From the NCBI RefSeq assembly GCF_000281045.1, contig NW_008246068.1:145606-209605 (forward strand): 64,000 nucleotides of DNA, read 5' to 3'. The notes beneath the pieces are model-generated. The model saw only the letters and a program-made list of their open reading frames with translations, ran no database searches and was not told where the DNA came from. Source of the DNA: Saprolegnia diclina VS20. Lineage: Eukaryota. Below, in pieces: positions 9,343 to 20,356 of this stretch. Position 1 is the first letter of the stretch, and every line of letters begins with the position of its first letter. The position numbers were made by a program, and so were the translations under genes.

Positions 9343-12300
9343 TTACAAGAGGAAGGTTTCCTTGTGCAGATCGAGGCCGTAGACGTACGCTTGGGCTTGC
9401 ACATGCGCGGCCAAGCCCGGCGGGCCGCACACGAGGACGCACGTCTTGGTGCCTGCGTACGGCTTGAGAAGGTCGTCGATGCGCGGGCGGCCAAAGGCGT
9501 ACGAGAGCGACCGCTCGTCTGACAACAGCACGCGCCCATGCTCAGTCACCTCATCAGCGTAGAGACGGAGGTTGTCGGCGCTCTTTGGCAAAAAATCGGC
9601 TGGGGCGCCAAACTCGGACGGCGTCCGGACGATCCAGTGCAGCGTCGTTGTCGTCGTTGACTTGGCAGTCTTTTCTTGCTGGTTGAGAATGTGCAGCAAC
9701 GGCGTAACACCGATACCACCAGCAATGAGCAGCACGGTGTCGTACTCGTCGAGGTTGATCGAGAGGTTCCCGTACGGCCCACCGACAACGACCGTGGTCT
9801 CCACACCGAGCAGCGACGTGTACACGTCGTCCACAAAGCTGCCGTCGGTCGTCGCCTTGATGACAAAGCCAATCGTTGGTGCGCCGGAGGCGTCGACCGT
9901 GGCCATAGCCGAGAACGGGTGCCACTGCAGCCACGAGATCGCCGGGATCGCCACCCAAAAGTAGGCGCCGAGCGGCATGTCACGGGCCCACGCCTTCGTT
10001 TGGGGCGTCGAGGGCAGTACGATCGTGACCGTCTTCTCCGTATGGCTGCTCAAGACGACGCGGAACCGGTTCCAGTGCGACCGAAGTCGCCAGAGGTAGC
10101 TGCCGACGTACAGCGTCAGCGGCAAGATTAGCGAGAGCCACACGGTGCGGGCGTGGAGGCACGCAAACACAAGACCACCGACGGCCGCCACCCGATGAAC
10201 GTAGTAGAAGAGCTCAAAATGATTCCGGCGTACGTACGGAACCGCAAAGAGCCCGAGCAGCGCAAACGAGAGAAACGCACTGAAGCCGAAGAAAGGCACG
10301 ACGCCTTGGCTGCCATAGCTCGTCATCGAGAGGACGCTGATGCGCTGCGCGTTGAGGTAGAGGTGCCAGGCAGCAAAGACCACAAAGAGGCGGCCAAGGA
10401 CGCGGTGGAACTTGAGCACCCGCTCAAACGACGAGCCAAAGACAAGCACCTCCCAGTGCACTCCGCGGGCGACAGGAAGCAGCAAGAGCATCAAATGCAC
10501 CAGCGCGAGGTGGCCCGACACGAGCGACCACACGCGCGACGGTTCAAACGACGCCGCGACCGCCGCGCCCACGAGGCCAAGACACCCAACGTAGTGCAAA
10601 AGCACGATGGCCTCGCCGACCTTGAGATCGCTCAGCGGCTGCAACAGCCAGGTGTGCAGCAAGCCGACGCTGCGCTGGAAACGCGGTGGTGCAACAAACG
10701 TGGTGTTGAGCCACCGACGCAGCGGGTAGGCAAAGACGTGCGTCGCGACAAGCCCCACGAAGACAAGCCACACGATGAGCCCGAGCACAATGTAGAGCGT
10801 CGAGGTCGAGACGGCCGAGGGCGAGGCCGCGGACGTGAGCTGCAGCGACTGAAACGTGAGGAGCGACGAGCCACGGTCCTGGTGGTACGACGGCCACGCG
10901 TCATGTCCATATGCCCAGTTGACAATCGCATCGGCGTTCGGGGCGATGGCCACGTCGGTCGCGGTCGCCGCGTCCAGCCGCCGCTGAAACGTAAACTGCG
11001 CAGTGCCGTTGGCGACAGAGGCCGAGTAGAGCACGAACGAGGACGCGTCAGAGGTCGCTGCAAGCGGCAAAATGTCTTCTGGTTCGTAGCCTGTCAATGC
11101 AAACAGCGCGGGCGTGGGCTTCGAGAAGTCAAAGACCACGGCGTTGTTGACCGGATCGTTGACCATTTGCGCTTTGGGGGCGAGCGAGAGCCCGAGCCAG
11201 GTAGCCTTGACATCGGAGAGCACGAGCTGGATGCAGGCGTGGCCATCGTAGACGAGGTGCTTGATCTGCAGAATCCCGCTCGGGTCCAGCGGCTGCAACG
11301 TCCGGCCGTGCTGGAACCACTTGGACGCACAGAGCGAGGTTGCGCCGACGACGCTACGCGAGAGAGCGACGCGCGCGCTGCCTCGATCCTGGTGGTATGA
11401 CGGCCAGGCGTCATGCCCGTACGCCCAGTTGAGAATCGTGTCCGGTTTGGTCACATCGATCGCGACGTCGGACGACGCGACGGCCGCCAGCGACCGCTCG
11501 TACGTGAGCCGCAGAACGCCGTTGATGGACGACGCGGCAAAGATGCGGAGATGCGACTGGTCAGCCAGGCGCAGCATAAACTCGGGATCAAAACCCGTGA
11601 GCGCGTACGCGGTAGGCGCGTTCGTGCCGTCAAACACCACAGCGTTGTTGAATGGGTCGTTGACCATGTTGGTCGAGTTGGAGAACGCTAGGCCTAGCCA
11701 CGTGGCTTGCGGGTCGTGCAGCTCGGCGTGGATGCAGATGCGCGCGTCGTCGGCAAGGGTCTTGTACTGGATCGGGCTCTCGCCGAGCGGGAGAAGCGGC
11801 AGCAACGTAAACGCCGGCGAACTGCACAAACTCGGGGAATCAATGGCCGTGTCGATGCGCACAGTGGCCGAGCCGCGGTCCTGGTGGTACGAGGGCCAGG
11901 CGTCGTGGCCATACGCCCAGTTGAGGATCGTCGGACGGTCGAGATCAATGCGCACGTCGCCAGCGACGACAAGTGGCCGCTGGAACGTCACTTGAAGCGA
12001 GCCATTCACGCGCGTGTGCGAGTGCACGCGGACCGCTACATTTGATGATTGCGGCGTGAGGAGCTCAGGCTCGTAGCCGCCAAGGGTGTAGACGCCGACG
12101 TTGCCAGCTTGAGCGTTGTAGATGACGGCGGCGTTGGTCGGGTCGTTGACCATGGCGGCTGTTGGCGAGACGGTGAGGCCGAGCCATGTTGCTTCGGCGT
12201 CGTCCAGCGCGACTTGGAAGCAGACGTCGGTGGCGCTGGCGAGGCTCTTGAAGCGGGCGGGACCGTCGCCGAGCGGCGCTAGCGGGAGCCGCTGGAACTG

Positions 12301-12384
12301 CGCCGAGTCGCAGAGGTCAGCGCGACTGCTCGCCGCGGCTGCAAGGACCGGAAGGCTGGCGACGACCCAAGGCGTCCAGTGCAT
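9343..12384 (-). CDS. Signal peptide + 3 DOMON domains + ferric reductase/NOX-family flavocytochrome (TM heme, FAD and NADPH domains)
   Basis: MHWTPWVVASLPVLAAAAS signal; three repeats with WLGL..MVNDP..NWAYGHDAWPSYHQDRGS; bis-His TM pairs KFHRVLG..AWHL and YVHRV..CLHA; QWHPFS, GPYG, IAGGIGVTP, CGPP, C-terminal HKETF. Confidence 0.92.
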   Translation of the reverse strand: MHWTPWVVASLPVLAAAASSRADLCDSAQFQRLPLAPLGDGPARFKSLASATDVCFQVALDDAEATWLGLTVSPTAAMVNDPTNAAVIYNAQAGNVGVYTLGGYEPELLTPQSSNVAVRVHSHTRVNGSLQVTFQRPLVVAGDVRIDLDRPTILNWAYGHDAWPSYHQDRGSATVRIDTAIDSPSLCSSPAFTLLPLLPLGESPIQYKTLADDARICIHAELHDPQATWLGLAFSNSTNMVNDPFNNAVVFDGTNAPTAYALTGFDPEFMLRLADQSHLRIFAASSINGVLRLTYERSLAAVASSDVAIDVTKPDTILNWAYGHDAWPSYHQDRGSARVALSRSVVGATSLCASKWFQHGRTLQPLDPSGILQIKHLVYDGHACIQLVLSDVKATWLGLSLAPKAQMVNDPVNNAVVFDFSKPTPALFALTGYEPEDILPLAATSDASSFVLYSASVANGTAQFTFQRRLDAATATDVAIAPNADAIVNWAYGHDAWPSYHQDRGSSLLTFQSLQLTSAASPSAVSTSTLYIVLGLIVWLVFVGLVATHVFAYPLRRWLNTTFVAPPRFQRSVGLLHTWLLQPLSDLKVGEAIVLLHYVGCLGLVGAAVAASFEPSRVWSLVSGHLALVHLMLLLLPVARGVHWEVLVFGSSFERVLKFHRVLGRLFVVFAAWHLYLNAQRISVLSMTSYGSQGVVPFFGFSAFLSFALLGLFAVPYVRRNHFELFYYVHRVAAVGGLVFACLHARTVWLSLILPLTLYVGSYLWRLRSHWNRFRVVLSSHTEKTVTIVLPSTPQTKAWARDMPLGAYFWVAIPAISWLQWHPFSAMATVDASGAPTIGFVIKATTDGSFVDDVYTSLLGVETTVVVGGPYGNLSINLDEYDTVLLIAGGIGVTPLLHILNQQEKTAKSTTTTTLHWIVRTPSEFGAPADFLPKSADNLRLYADEVTEHGRVLLSDERSLSYAFGRPRIDDLLKPYAGTKTCVLVCGPPGLAAHVQAQAYVYGLDLHKETFLL

Positions 12385-13750
12385 GGTCAAATCCAGAATG
12401 CGGATCCACAACTGGTCGTGCTGGTCTGCGCTGGCGAAATGCACGCGTGCGATTGGCCAATTCTCATAGCTCGATCGACGCTGATTGGTCGAGCATGACA
12501 TGATGTCAGCTGTGACGGTCCCACGTACGCTGTGAAATAGTGTGATGTGAATGGCGCGCGTCCAACGCTGGCGTTCACGGACCTTCCTGTCTGTGCTGCG
12601 AGCTGGGTGCACAGAAATCGACCGTGCGCTTAAGCGCCTGTCGCTTCTACCGATACTGCCAAGGTAACCGGCCTCAGGCTTCAAAGTTGAACTCGGTTTG
12701 TGCACGGTTAACGAAAGTCGCACTGGAGCAACTGCCAACGACCTTCTAGAGCGGGCGTCGTGGTCCTACATGTAGCCACTTCGCTTGGTTGTATTCCCTT
12801 GCATCCAAGTGCTTGCGTCGGCCACGGCCAAGAGGCAACGTCTCGTTTCATTTTCTGATTCGAGTACTTGGTACTTGAGCAACCCAAAGCTGCAACCCGG
12901 GCATTTGCCAGAGCATCGCTGCATGCAACGTACTACTGTACACGTCCACTCTTGCCTCAGTTGCGCCTTGTGGGCCGTGCCCAGACCTCCGTGTCGTTCG
13001 TCGGTGAAGGCGTTGCGGACATTGACGGTAGCTTGCTTTAGTAGGAGAATTAGGGTGGGGCGCACAAAGCTCCAAGCTCTGTGCAGTGCCACACGTAATA
13101 CCCTGGTAGATGAAACCATTTAATTCGATCCGGTATCCCTGTATCGTCCGCTAACGTAGGGTGCACTTACCGATCCCAAGCGACACTCACACTATTTGAT
13201 GCAGATTGGCTACCACGTTGAAGGCAACGGGCCGGTGGTAGTAAAAACGTGGGCTTCGGCGTCCTTCCTGGATGCAGCAGAGTAAACGAAGCGCATCTGT
13301 GGCAACGACGACGGCAGCAGGTATACCTACTCGCCGGGCTACGGGGCAAGACCGGCTACTATTGTACATGGCGTTCCTAGTTGTAGGCTTGAGCCGGCAC
13401 GCATTCAAGTACATAGTCGCTCGTTGTAGTACAACACACAACAACCAAGAAACTCTTTGTTTCCAGCCAAAAACCTACTAGTACACTAGCTCCCCTATTT
13501 AGTAGTTCATAAACGCAGACCTGTTGCTCGTACCTGTGCTGCATGTCGACCAGTGCATTCTGCTCTTGCGAAAACGGCGTATCGGTATGTTTGTACCTAC
13601 TTGGATGTTCTACTAGTGTACTATTGTAGTTCACACCCCGTTGGTTGGCCCACCATCGACAATATATAATGCACGAGTGCGGCTAGGGTCCTCAGCAGCC
13701 TGCATGCAAGTTTACGCTCAGGATTCTTCGACGCTCACATTTTTTGTAAA

Positions 13751-15448
13751 TTAATCGTGATGCTGCTCCTCGTCCGCGTCGTGGCGTTCGAGGCAGAGCC
13801 ACGCGAGGTCCGGGAGGCGCTGCGCGGCCGTGCGGCATTCTTCGAGCTCTTCCGGCGTCTCGACCGTGTCACCAATGTGCACCTTGCCTTCGCGGTATGT
13901 ACATGCTTCGAGTGCCGAGATGATGGCGAGCGCGCCATCGATGCCAAACGGGTTGTCATGGAGTCCCATCGTCTCCATGTGGCCTGTCTCGGGGATGACG
14001 CGGCTCAGAGCCATGGCGCCGTCAAACCCGATCCAGTTGTCCGAGAGGTCGACCGCATCGAGCCGGTGGAAGATCGTAGCAAGCGCATGCGCGCCGATGG
14101 ACCCGATGCGGTTGCCCGGAAGGTCCAGCACTTTGAGCGCCTTGCAGCGCGGAATGACAGCGGCGAGCGCGATCGCACTGAGGTACGTACAGTCTTGGTC
14201 GACGAGGCGGAGCGCCTCGAGGCGCGGGCAGCTCGGGAGGACATTCGCAATCGCCAAGACGCCTTCGTCCATCAAATTCGACGCTTCGAGATCGAGGTAC
14301 AAGAGCTGGGGCAGGAGCGTCGCCAAGTGCGGCAAGGCCGGCGGCGGCACGACAAATGGTGTGAGCTCGAGTCGCCGGAGCTTGGTGAGACGCGTGAGCG
14401 CTTCGACAAACGCCACGCTCTGCTCGGTCTCTTCGGGGATCTCTTCTTCAAAACTGAGGTTCAGGCCGAGGATGTTGGCGCCGCGGAGCGTGCCGACGAT
14501 GGCCGGGAGGTCGTTGTAGCTGCACACTTCCATGCCAAGGGATTGAAGCTGCGGCGGCAGCGTCGACCGGGCGTAAAAAAGGCCGGTAGGGAGGCTCCCA
14601 AAGCGCAAGTCGAGCTCCTTGAGGGTCGTCGAGGCGCAGAACGCGTCGCAGAGAATCTTGAGGCACTCCTCGTTGAGCCAGAGACCGTCGAGCTTGATAA
14701 ACTCGACCGGACGGTGCGCAAGCCACGCAGCGAACGCGATCGCTGTCGGCTTGGTCCACTCGACGCGCGAGTTGACGTACTCGATCACAAGGTTGGTCAC
14801 CTGCGACGCGCTGAGCGCCTGCATGAGCGCGAGCTGCTGCTTGTGCGTCGCGGCGTAGTGCCAGATCATGTCGACTTCGCGCAGCACGGGCAAGATCGTG
14901 AGCGCGTAGCAGAAGCGGTCGAGGTTCGCCTGCGTCCAGACGTCCGACTCGTCTTCGTCTTCGTCGTGGTCGTTGGCAAAGTCGAGCTCGATGCTGGCGA
15001 CGCGCCGGCCCCATGTCTCGAGCGCCGCCTTGAGCTGACTCGGCGTCGCAATCTCAAGCAGCTTGAGCTTGGTCGTGGGTGGCATCTCGTACGTCGGCGT
15101 CGCGTTGTGGACCGTGTCGAGGCACACGATCGGGTGCAACCCCGCCGCCATCTCGACCCAGCGCTGCAGCTCGGCGTCGGCGAGCGTCGTTGGCATAAGA
15201 AACTCGGGCCAGAGGCGCACGTGGTTTGGGTACAGCGGGTCGCCGACGGGCACGACGAGGCGGCGGCTGCGCACGGCGCCATAGAGCGAGAGGAGCGCCC
15301 GGAGCGGCGCCGAGAGCCACGCGTTGGGCAGCGCGCGCAGGAACGAGAGCATGTCTTTGGACGTCATGATGTACTCGGCGACGCGCTGGAAGAGCTCGGG
15401 CAGCAGCACATGCTGCTCGGTCGTCGCGGCGAGCGCGGCCTCGTCCAT
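13751..15448 (-). CDS. F-box-like + RNI-type leucine-rich repeat protein (array member 1)
   Basis: N-terminal LLPELFQRVAEY..DMLSFLRALP; C-terminal LRRs LxxLxLxxNxIGxxGAxALA; start chosen at MDEAALAA. Confidence 0.88.
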   Translation of the reverse strand: MDEAALAATTEQHVLLPELFQRVAEYIMTSKDMLSFLRALPNAWLSAPLRALLSLYGAVRSRRLVVPVGDPLYPNHVRLWPEFLMPTTLADAELQRWVEMAAGLHPIVCLDTVHNATPTYEMPPTTKLKLLEIATPSQLKAALETWGRRVASIELDFANDHDEDEDESDVWTQANLDRFCYALTILPVLREVDMIWHYAATHKQQLALMQALSASQVTNLVIEYVNSRVEWTKPTAIAFAAWLAHRPVEFIKLDGLWLNEECLKILCDAFCASTTLKELDLRFGSLPTGLFYARSTLPPQLQSLGMEVCSYNDLPAIVGTLRGANILGLNLSFEEEIPEETEQSVAFVEALTRLTKLRRLELTPFVVPPPALPHLATLLPQLLYLDLEASNLMDEGVLAIANVLPSCPRLEALRLVDQDCTYLSAIALAAVIPRCKALKVLDLPGNRIGSIGAHALATIFHRLDAVDLSDNWIGFDGAMALSRVIPETGHMETMGLHDNPFGIDGALAIISALEACTYREGKVHIGDTVETPEELEECRTAAQRLPDLAWLCLERHDADEEQHHD

Positions 15449-15836
15449 GCTGCTGCTGGGCTTGCCGACGAAAATGGCGTTGGCGACGACCCAATTTTGG
15501 CCAATCGTTGAAGTGCACGTTGGGGATTGGTGGAAAATACAACATGACGTGGCAGGCTCCAACGGCGTGCTGGTGACACGACAGGAGATAGCGTCGACGA
15601 TATCTAGGCTGGGCCCGTGTCATCCAAATCCTATACCCGGGCTTAGTATCCCACAGAGCTAGGCGTAGCAAAGGGATCGAGCAATATTACTCCTCCCCAG
15701 CGCAGCAACCGACATGAGAAAATACAACTGTCGACCGACAAGGACTCACTTCTGGCCCGGCTTGCCACGGCGTTTCGGGTCGTCACTGCGTGCAAGGAGC
15801 GCTAGACAAGCAACGAGAGACGTGTCGTGTATGTAC

Positions 15837-17498
15837 TTAGTGCGAGAGGACATCGAGCTTGCACCACGCCCGGTTCGGGAGTGCATCCGCCCACGACAAG
15901 CAACGTGCGAGGTGCTCTGCGTTGTCGACGGTATTGCAAAGGCCCACAGTACCGCCTCGATGAACTGGCGACGTGGCCATGGCATGAATGAGACTGATGA
16001 CACCGTACTCGCCGATGGGATTGCCAGACAATTCGAGATCGGTGAGGTGCGCTGTGGCATCCATGTGAGTCGCCAGAAAGAGGGCACCGTCGACATCGAT
16101 GCCATTGTTCCGCAGCAGCAAGGCGTCGAGTGACCCCACGATTGGCAACAGAGCGACCAAACCTTCCGAGCCAAAGTTGTTGAACGACAATTCGAGCGTC
16201 TTGAGCGACGGGCAGTGAGGAATGACATCGGCGAGTGCTTCCGCCGTGACATACGTGCACTCTTGGTCGACGAGGCTCAGAAATCGGAGCCTACGACACT
16301 GAGGCAGAGTCCGCACCATTGAGATCACACCAAGGTCGCCCAGAGAACTTTGCTGTAGCTCAAGATGTTCGAGGCGCCGCAGCGGGGCCAAATCGATGGG
16401 GCGAATGGGGTCGCCACCAAGCTCGAGATATCGAAGGTTCTGCAGACTGGCGAGCACTCGAGGTAGCGCGAGCACCGTGCGATCGCCGAGGGGCTCGTCC
16501 CAGGAGAGGGATACGTGGCGTAGGTTGGCGCCACAGACGACGCGCAGAAAGCGGACAACGTCCCGTTCTTGTTCAACAATGGCCTCGAGTGTCTCGAGCT
16601 GAGCAGGGAGGGCAAGGCGCCCCACCTGCGAAAGGAATGGCTGATGTACGATGATGCCAAAGAGCAGACTGGATAGATCTTCCGCTACGTTGAGGACCTT
16701 GAGCGTTCGCGATTGTAGAATCCCGACCGAGAGCCGCGTCGCGTTCATCTTGTTGAGAGGCAGATTCCGGAGCTCCAGAGATGAAATGGGCGCGTTGCAA
16801 ACCCATCGTACAAATGCCTTGGCCGTCTCCGCGGACCATTTACTGACGCTGTTGTGGTAGTGCAGTGTCAAGCGCGTGATGCCCGAGCACACAAGCATGT
16901 TGACAAAGTTGGTTTGGAGCGCGGTGCTTCGCACGGGGACCCAGCAAGCGCGGAGCTCACGCAACGTCGGCATTCGGCTTAGATAGTCAAAGGCGTCGGG
17001 CGGCCACGACCCGTCGCAGCAGTCCCGAATGATGACGCGCAACGCCTCAACGTTTCTGAGATCCGCCGCACGCTCAAGCTCGTCCACGGCGCTTACTACG
17101 TCGATACAGAGCTTTGTGCCTGGAGGAACAACGTCCGAGACGCTGCGTCCGGCGTGTGTCGAAATGCGCGGCAGCATTGAAAGGTACGTTCTGAGAAGCG
17201 CCACGAGCTGCGCGTCTGCTACCGAGCGGGGCAGTGTTGCGTCCGTGAATGACATCGGTAGCTCCATGTTGGGCCAGAGCTGCACCATCTTGGGCTGGTC
17301 TGCGCTCGTGTCGACGAGGCGACCGTCGCGCACGCAGGCGTAGAGCTCGCGCAAGGCGGCCATCGGCAGCGTTAACAATTCTTGCGGCAGCGCCGTCACA
17401 AAGGCGTGCATCTCGTTCGACGAGCAAAAGTACTGCGCAATGTGCTGCAGCGTCTCGGCCGGCAGGGGCGGCGCCGCGATCTGGGGAAAAGCCATCAT
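15837..17498 (-). CDS. F-box-like + RNI-type LRR protein (member 2)
   Basis: LPAETLQHIAQY..EMHAFVTALP; LRRs such as LKTLELSFNNFGSEGL and LTDLELSGNPIGEYG. Confidence 0.88.
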   Translation of the reverse strand: MMAFPQIAAPPLPAETLQHIAQYFCSSNEMHAFVTALPQELLTLPMAALRELYACVRDGRLVDTSADQPKMVQLWPNMELPMSFTDATLPRSVADAQLVALLRTYLSMLPRISTHAGRSVSDVVPPGTKLCIDVVSAVDELERAADLRNVEALRVIIRDCCDGSWPPDAFDYLSRMPTLRELRACWVPVRSTALQTNFVNMLVCSGITRLTLHYHNSVSKWSAETAKAFVRWVCNAPISSLELRNLPLNKMNATRLSVGILQSRTLKVLNVAEDLSSLLFGIIVHQPFLSQVGRLALPAQLETLEAIVEQERDVVRFLRVVCGANLRHVSLSWDEPLGDRTVLALPRVLASLQNLRYLELGGDPIRPIDLAPLRRLEHLELQQSSLGDLGVISMVRTLPQCRRLRFLSLVDQECTYVTAEALADVIPHCPSLKTLELSFNNFGSEGLVALLPIVGSLDALLLRNNGIDVDGALFLATHMDATAHLTDLELSGNPIGEYGVISLIHAMATSPVHRGGTVGLCNTVDNAEHLARCLSWADALPNRAWCKLDVLSH

Positions 17499-18279
17499 CA
17501 CGTCGTGCGTCAAGTAGCGGAATGACGCCACACCACGTCGTATACCTCCATTTCCCACCCACAGTGTGAGGTGCTTTTTGTAGTGCGTTATCAAAGTGAT
17601 ATTTCGCGTGTAAACAGTTTCCTACAATGTGGGAATGCTGGAAATATCAACTAGAGAGGGATGTGATTGACCAAGAAACGTATCAAGCACAACTGAGATC
17701 AAAGCGCGTGGTTGGATCATTTGATGCCCTGCTGCTAGGAGTGCAAGGGGTTTTCTTTGAGAAGATGACTATAAGATCTGGTTGCCCAACTGAAGCGCAC
17801 CATTGAGTGCAGCTGATGAGTTGACCATTTCGATCTACTCCACCAATGTGTGACGGCTGTCAGCGATGCCATAGGGGCCGCTGATTGGCTGGAATTATCA
17901 GGATAAAGCGCGCGTTTGTCTTTGTCTGCCAGGCAGCAGCGATCATTTGGACCCTCAATGGCCGCCCCATGTACCTCGTGAAATAAGAACCGGGTCGTGC
18001 GCCCGATCGCGATCTCGAGATGCGGCAGCAAAGGAATGCACGGGCGCTCACTTTGGTGGACGGACGCTTTGGGCGTAGACGCACACGTAGTCCCTAGTAC
18101 TAGAGCAGCCCGATCAATCGTCAGCTTTTGCACAATACGAGTGAACGCGTCGGCATTTTGTCCCGGGACGGGTCCCATTCATTCAACATGAGTATCTTTT
18201 GGCGTTGGCACCACGAACAACATATGGATATAATATCCGGATCCGGTTGCTTGACAAATTTTGACGACAAACCGCAACA

Positions 18280-19920
18280 ATGCATGCCACGCTCCCGACA
18301 GTCGGCGCGCCACTGACCAGGGTGCCCTCGACCGCCGTGCGCTTACTGCCCGACGTGCTCCAGCTCATCGCCACGTACCTGCAGGATAGCAAGACGATGT
18401 ACGCGTTTCTGTGGGCGCTGCCGCACACGTGGCTCACACCGCCCATGGCCGCGCTCGCTGCGCTCTACGAGGCCGTCGGCAGCGGCCAGCTTGCCAATAT
18501 AAACATAGCGCGTCTTTGGCCCACGTTCGACATGCGTAACCTGCCGTTCATCCCTGACGAGTTCGCTCCAGTCTTCCAAGCCTACGTGCCGATGCTGCCG
18601 CGGCTTGATCTCAGCCGCAGGTTCCACCGTCAGCTTGACCTGCCGCAAGCGATTCCAGTGCGACGATGCAAAATCACAACGGCTCAGATGCTCGTGCATG
18701 CTGTCAAGAAATGGTTGCAGCAGCTGCAGTCCCTCGAATTGACGCATAGTCTCGACAAGCTGCCGATCCAGCACCTCTGCGACTCGCTGCCGCGACTGTC
18801 CAAGCTTCGTCGCCTTAGCGTCATGTGGCATTCTGACGCACGTGCAGAGGAGTCTTTGGCTCTTCTCAATGCTCTCTGCGACTCGAACGTTTCGGATGTG
18901 TCACTGCGCTACGACGCCAACACCACCGCGGTGTGGAGTGTGCGAGAGGTCGCAGCGTTTGCGCGCTGGCTCGAAGGCAAACGTGTTTCCTCGGTCCGCC
19001 TCATTTATGTACCGCTTGACGATGCGAATGCACAGGTCCTCGCGCGTACGCTGGTCCAGTCACGCACACTACGGTCTCTCCACGTGGATGGCGGGCCGTT
19101 GCCGCTCGCGTTCTACAACCTCGGGCTGTCGCTTCCAAACCAGCTCGAGTCGCTCAGGACATATGTGCTACACTCCAGCGGCGTGCCTGGCTTCACGCAG
19201 ACCATCGCTGGCTCCAACGTACGCACGTTGACGGTGGGAACTGTGATCCCGATGGCGAAGGACGTGGTGATGGCAACGAACGTCATGAACGTCATGACGC
19301 GCCTCCCGCGGCTGCAATGCCTTGTTGTTATGTACACTGCGGTACCGCTACCGACGGTTGTGCGGTTGAGCGAACGCTTGCAAACACTCAAGTCTCTGCA
19401 ATTGCACAACACGAACCTCGACGACTTTGGCTTCGCCGTGCTCACCCGCGCCCTCCCGGATTGCCGGCAGCTCGAAACGTTGCTGCTCAGCGGTCAAAAG
19501 GACGCGACGTGTCTCGCTGCAGAGTACGTTGCCGACAAGATCCCACAGTGTCCGTCGCTCAAGACGCTCGACTTGAGCTGCTGCCCGATTGGCTCGCGCG
19601 GTTTTGCGGCGTTGCTCCCCGTCTTGAATTGTCTTGACAGAATCTTTCTGATCGGGTGCAACATCGACGACGACGGTGCAGATGCGCTGAGTGGTGTGAT
19701 GGGCACCACCGACCACCTCTACCAACTCGACTTGCGCGGCAACTGTTTCTCAGAGGACGCGGCGATGAGACTGATCAAGGCAATGGCGAGCCGCACGGTT
19801 CGGTGGGGAGAACTGAATCTGTATGGATCGATGCGAACAAGAAGCAGCCGTGCCGCGTGCTGGCGGTGCGCCAAAGAGTGTCTTCCCAACACTTCGTGGT
19901 GCAATATCTATCGCAAGTAG
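18280..19920 (+). CDS. F-box-like + RNI-type LRR protein (member 3)
   Basis: LLPDVLQLIATY..TMYAFLWALP; LRRs LKTLDLSCCPIGSRG and LYQLDLRGNCFS. Confidence 0.88.
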   Translation: MHATLPTVGAPLTRVPSTAVRLLPDVLQLIATYLQDSKTMYAFLWALPHTWLTPPMAALAALYEAVGSGQLANINIARLWPTFDMRNLPFIPDEFAPVFQAYVPMLPRLDLSRRFHRQLDLPQAIPVRRCKITTAQMLVHAVKKWLQQLQSLELTHSLDKLPIQHLCDSLPRLSKLRRLSVMWHSDARAEESLALLNALCDSNVSDVSLRYDANTTAVWSVREVAAFARWLEGKRVSSVRLIYVPLDDANAQVLARTLVQSRTLRSLHVDGGPLPLAFYNLGLSLPNQLESLRTYVLHSSGVPGFTQTIAGSNVRTLTVGTVIPMAKDVVMATNVMNVMTRLPRLQCLVVMYTAVPLPTVVRLSERLQTLKSLQLHNTNLDDFGFAVLTRALPDCRQLETLLLSGQKDATCLAAEYVADKIPQCPSLKTLDLSCCPIGSRGFAALLPVLNCLDRIFLIGCNIDDDGADALSGVMGTTDHLYQLDLRGNCFSEDAAMRLIKAMASRTVRWGELNLYGSMRTRSSRAACWRCAKECLPNTSWCNIYRK

Positions 19921-20356
19921 GGGTAATAAGCAAAAAGATGACGTCGCTTGCCAGCGAGATAGCGGTTGGTTTGTTCTAGCTCTTACTTGCAAACAGCTAG
20001 CTTGAGCTGTGAACAGGCTTTTAAAACAAATCGACAAATTTGCTGGATACGTCTTTGCCTCAACTTGGGAACATTTGCGGGTTTGGTTCTGCGTGCCGGA
20101 TCACATATCAGCTGCTATTGCTTTCTTTCGAGATTGCTGCCATCGATCAAATCACATACCCAGTCTGAAGTTCTGTTCATGTATTTTGTGCCAAGCGGCC
20201 GAAACTTGCCTTAATATCAAGTTGCATATTCTATCAAGTCGTAAACATTGCATTTTAATGGTTTGCCGCGATGCTGATTGGTCGCTTTGCAGGGGCTGAA
20301 TTCGGCTAGCGCGTTTTGCCTGCCACATCGCCGGACGCCATTTTCCATTTTGCACC

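Noticed and set aside
12766..13700. Small ORFs between the reductase and the LRR array
   Set aside because: No codon bias or motifs; treated as intergenic.
13757..15511. 584-aa plus-strand ORF, and similar long antisense ORFs such as 10153-11400
   Set aside because: Antisense shadows of GC3-rich genes; Arg/Val-rich with no motifs.
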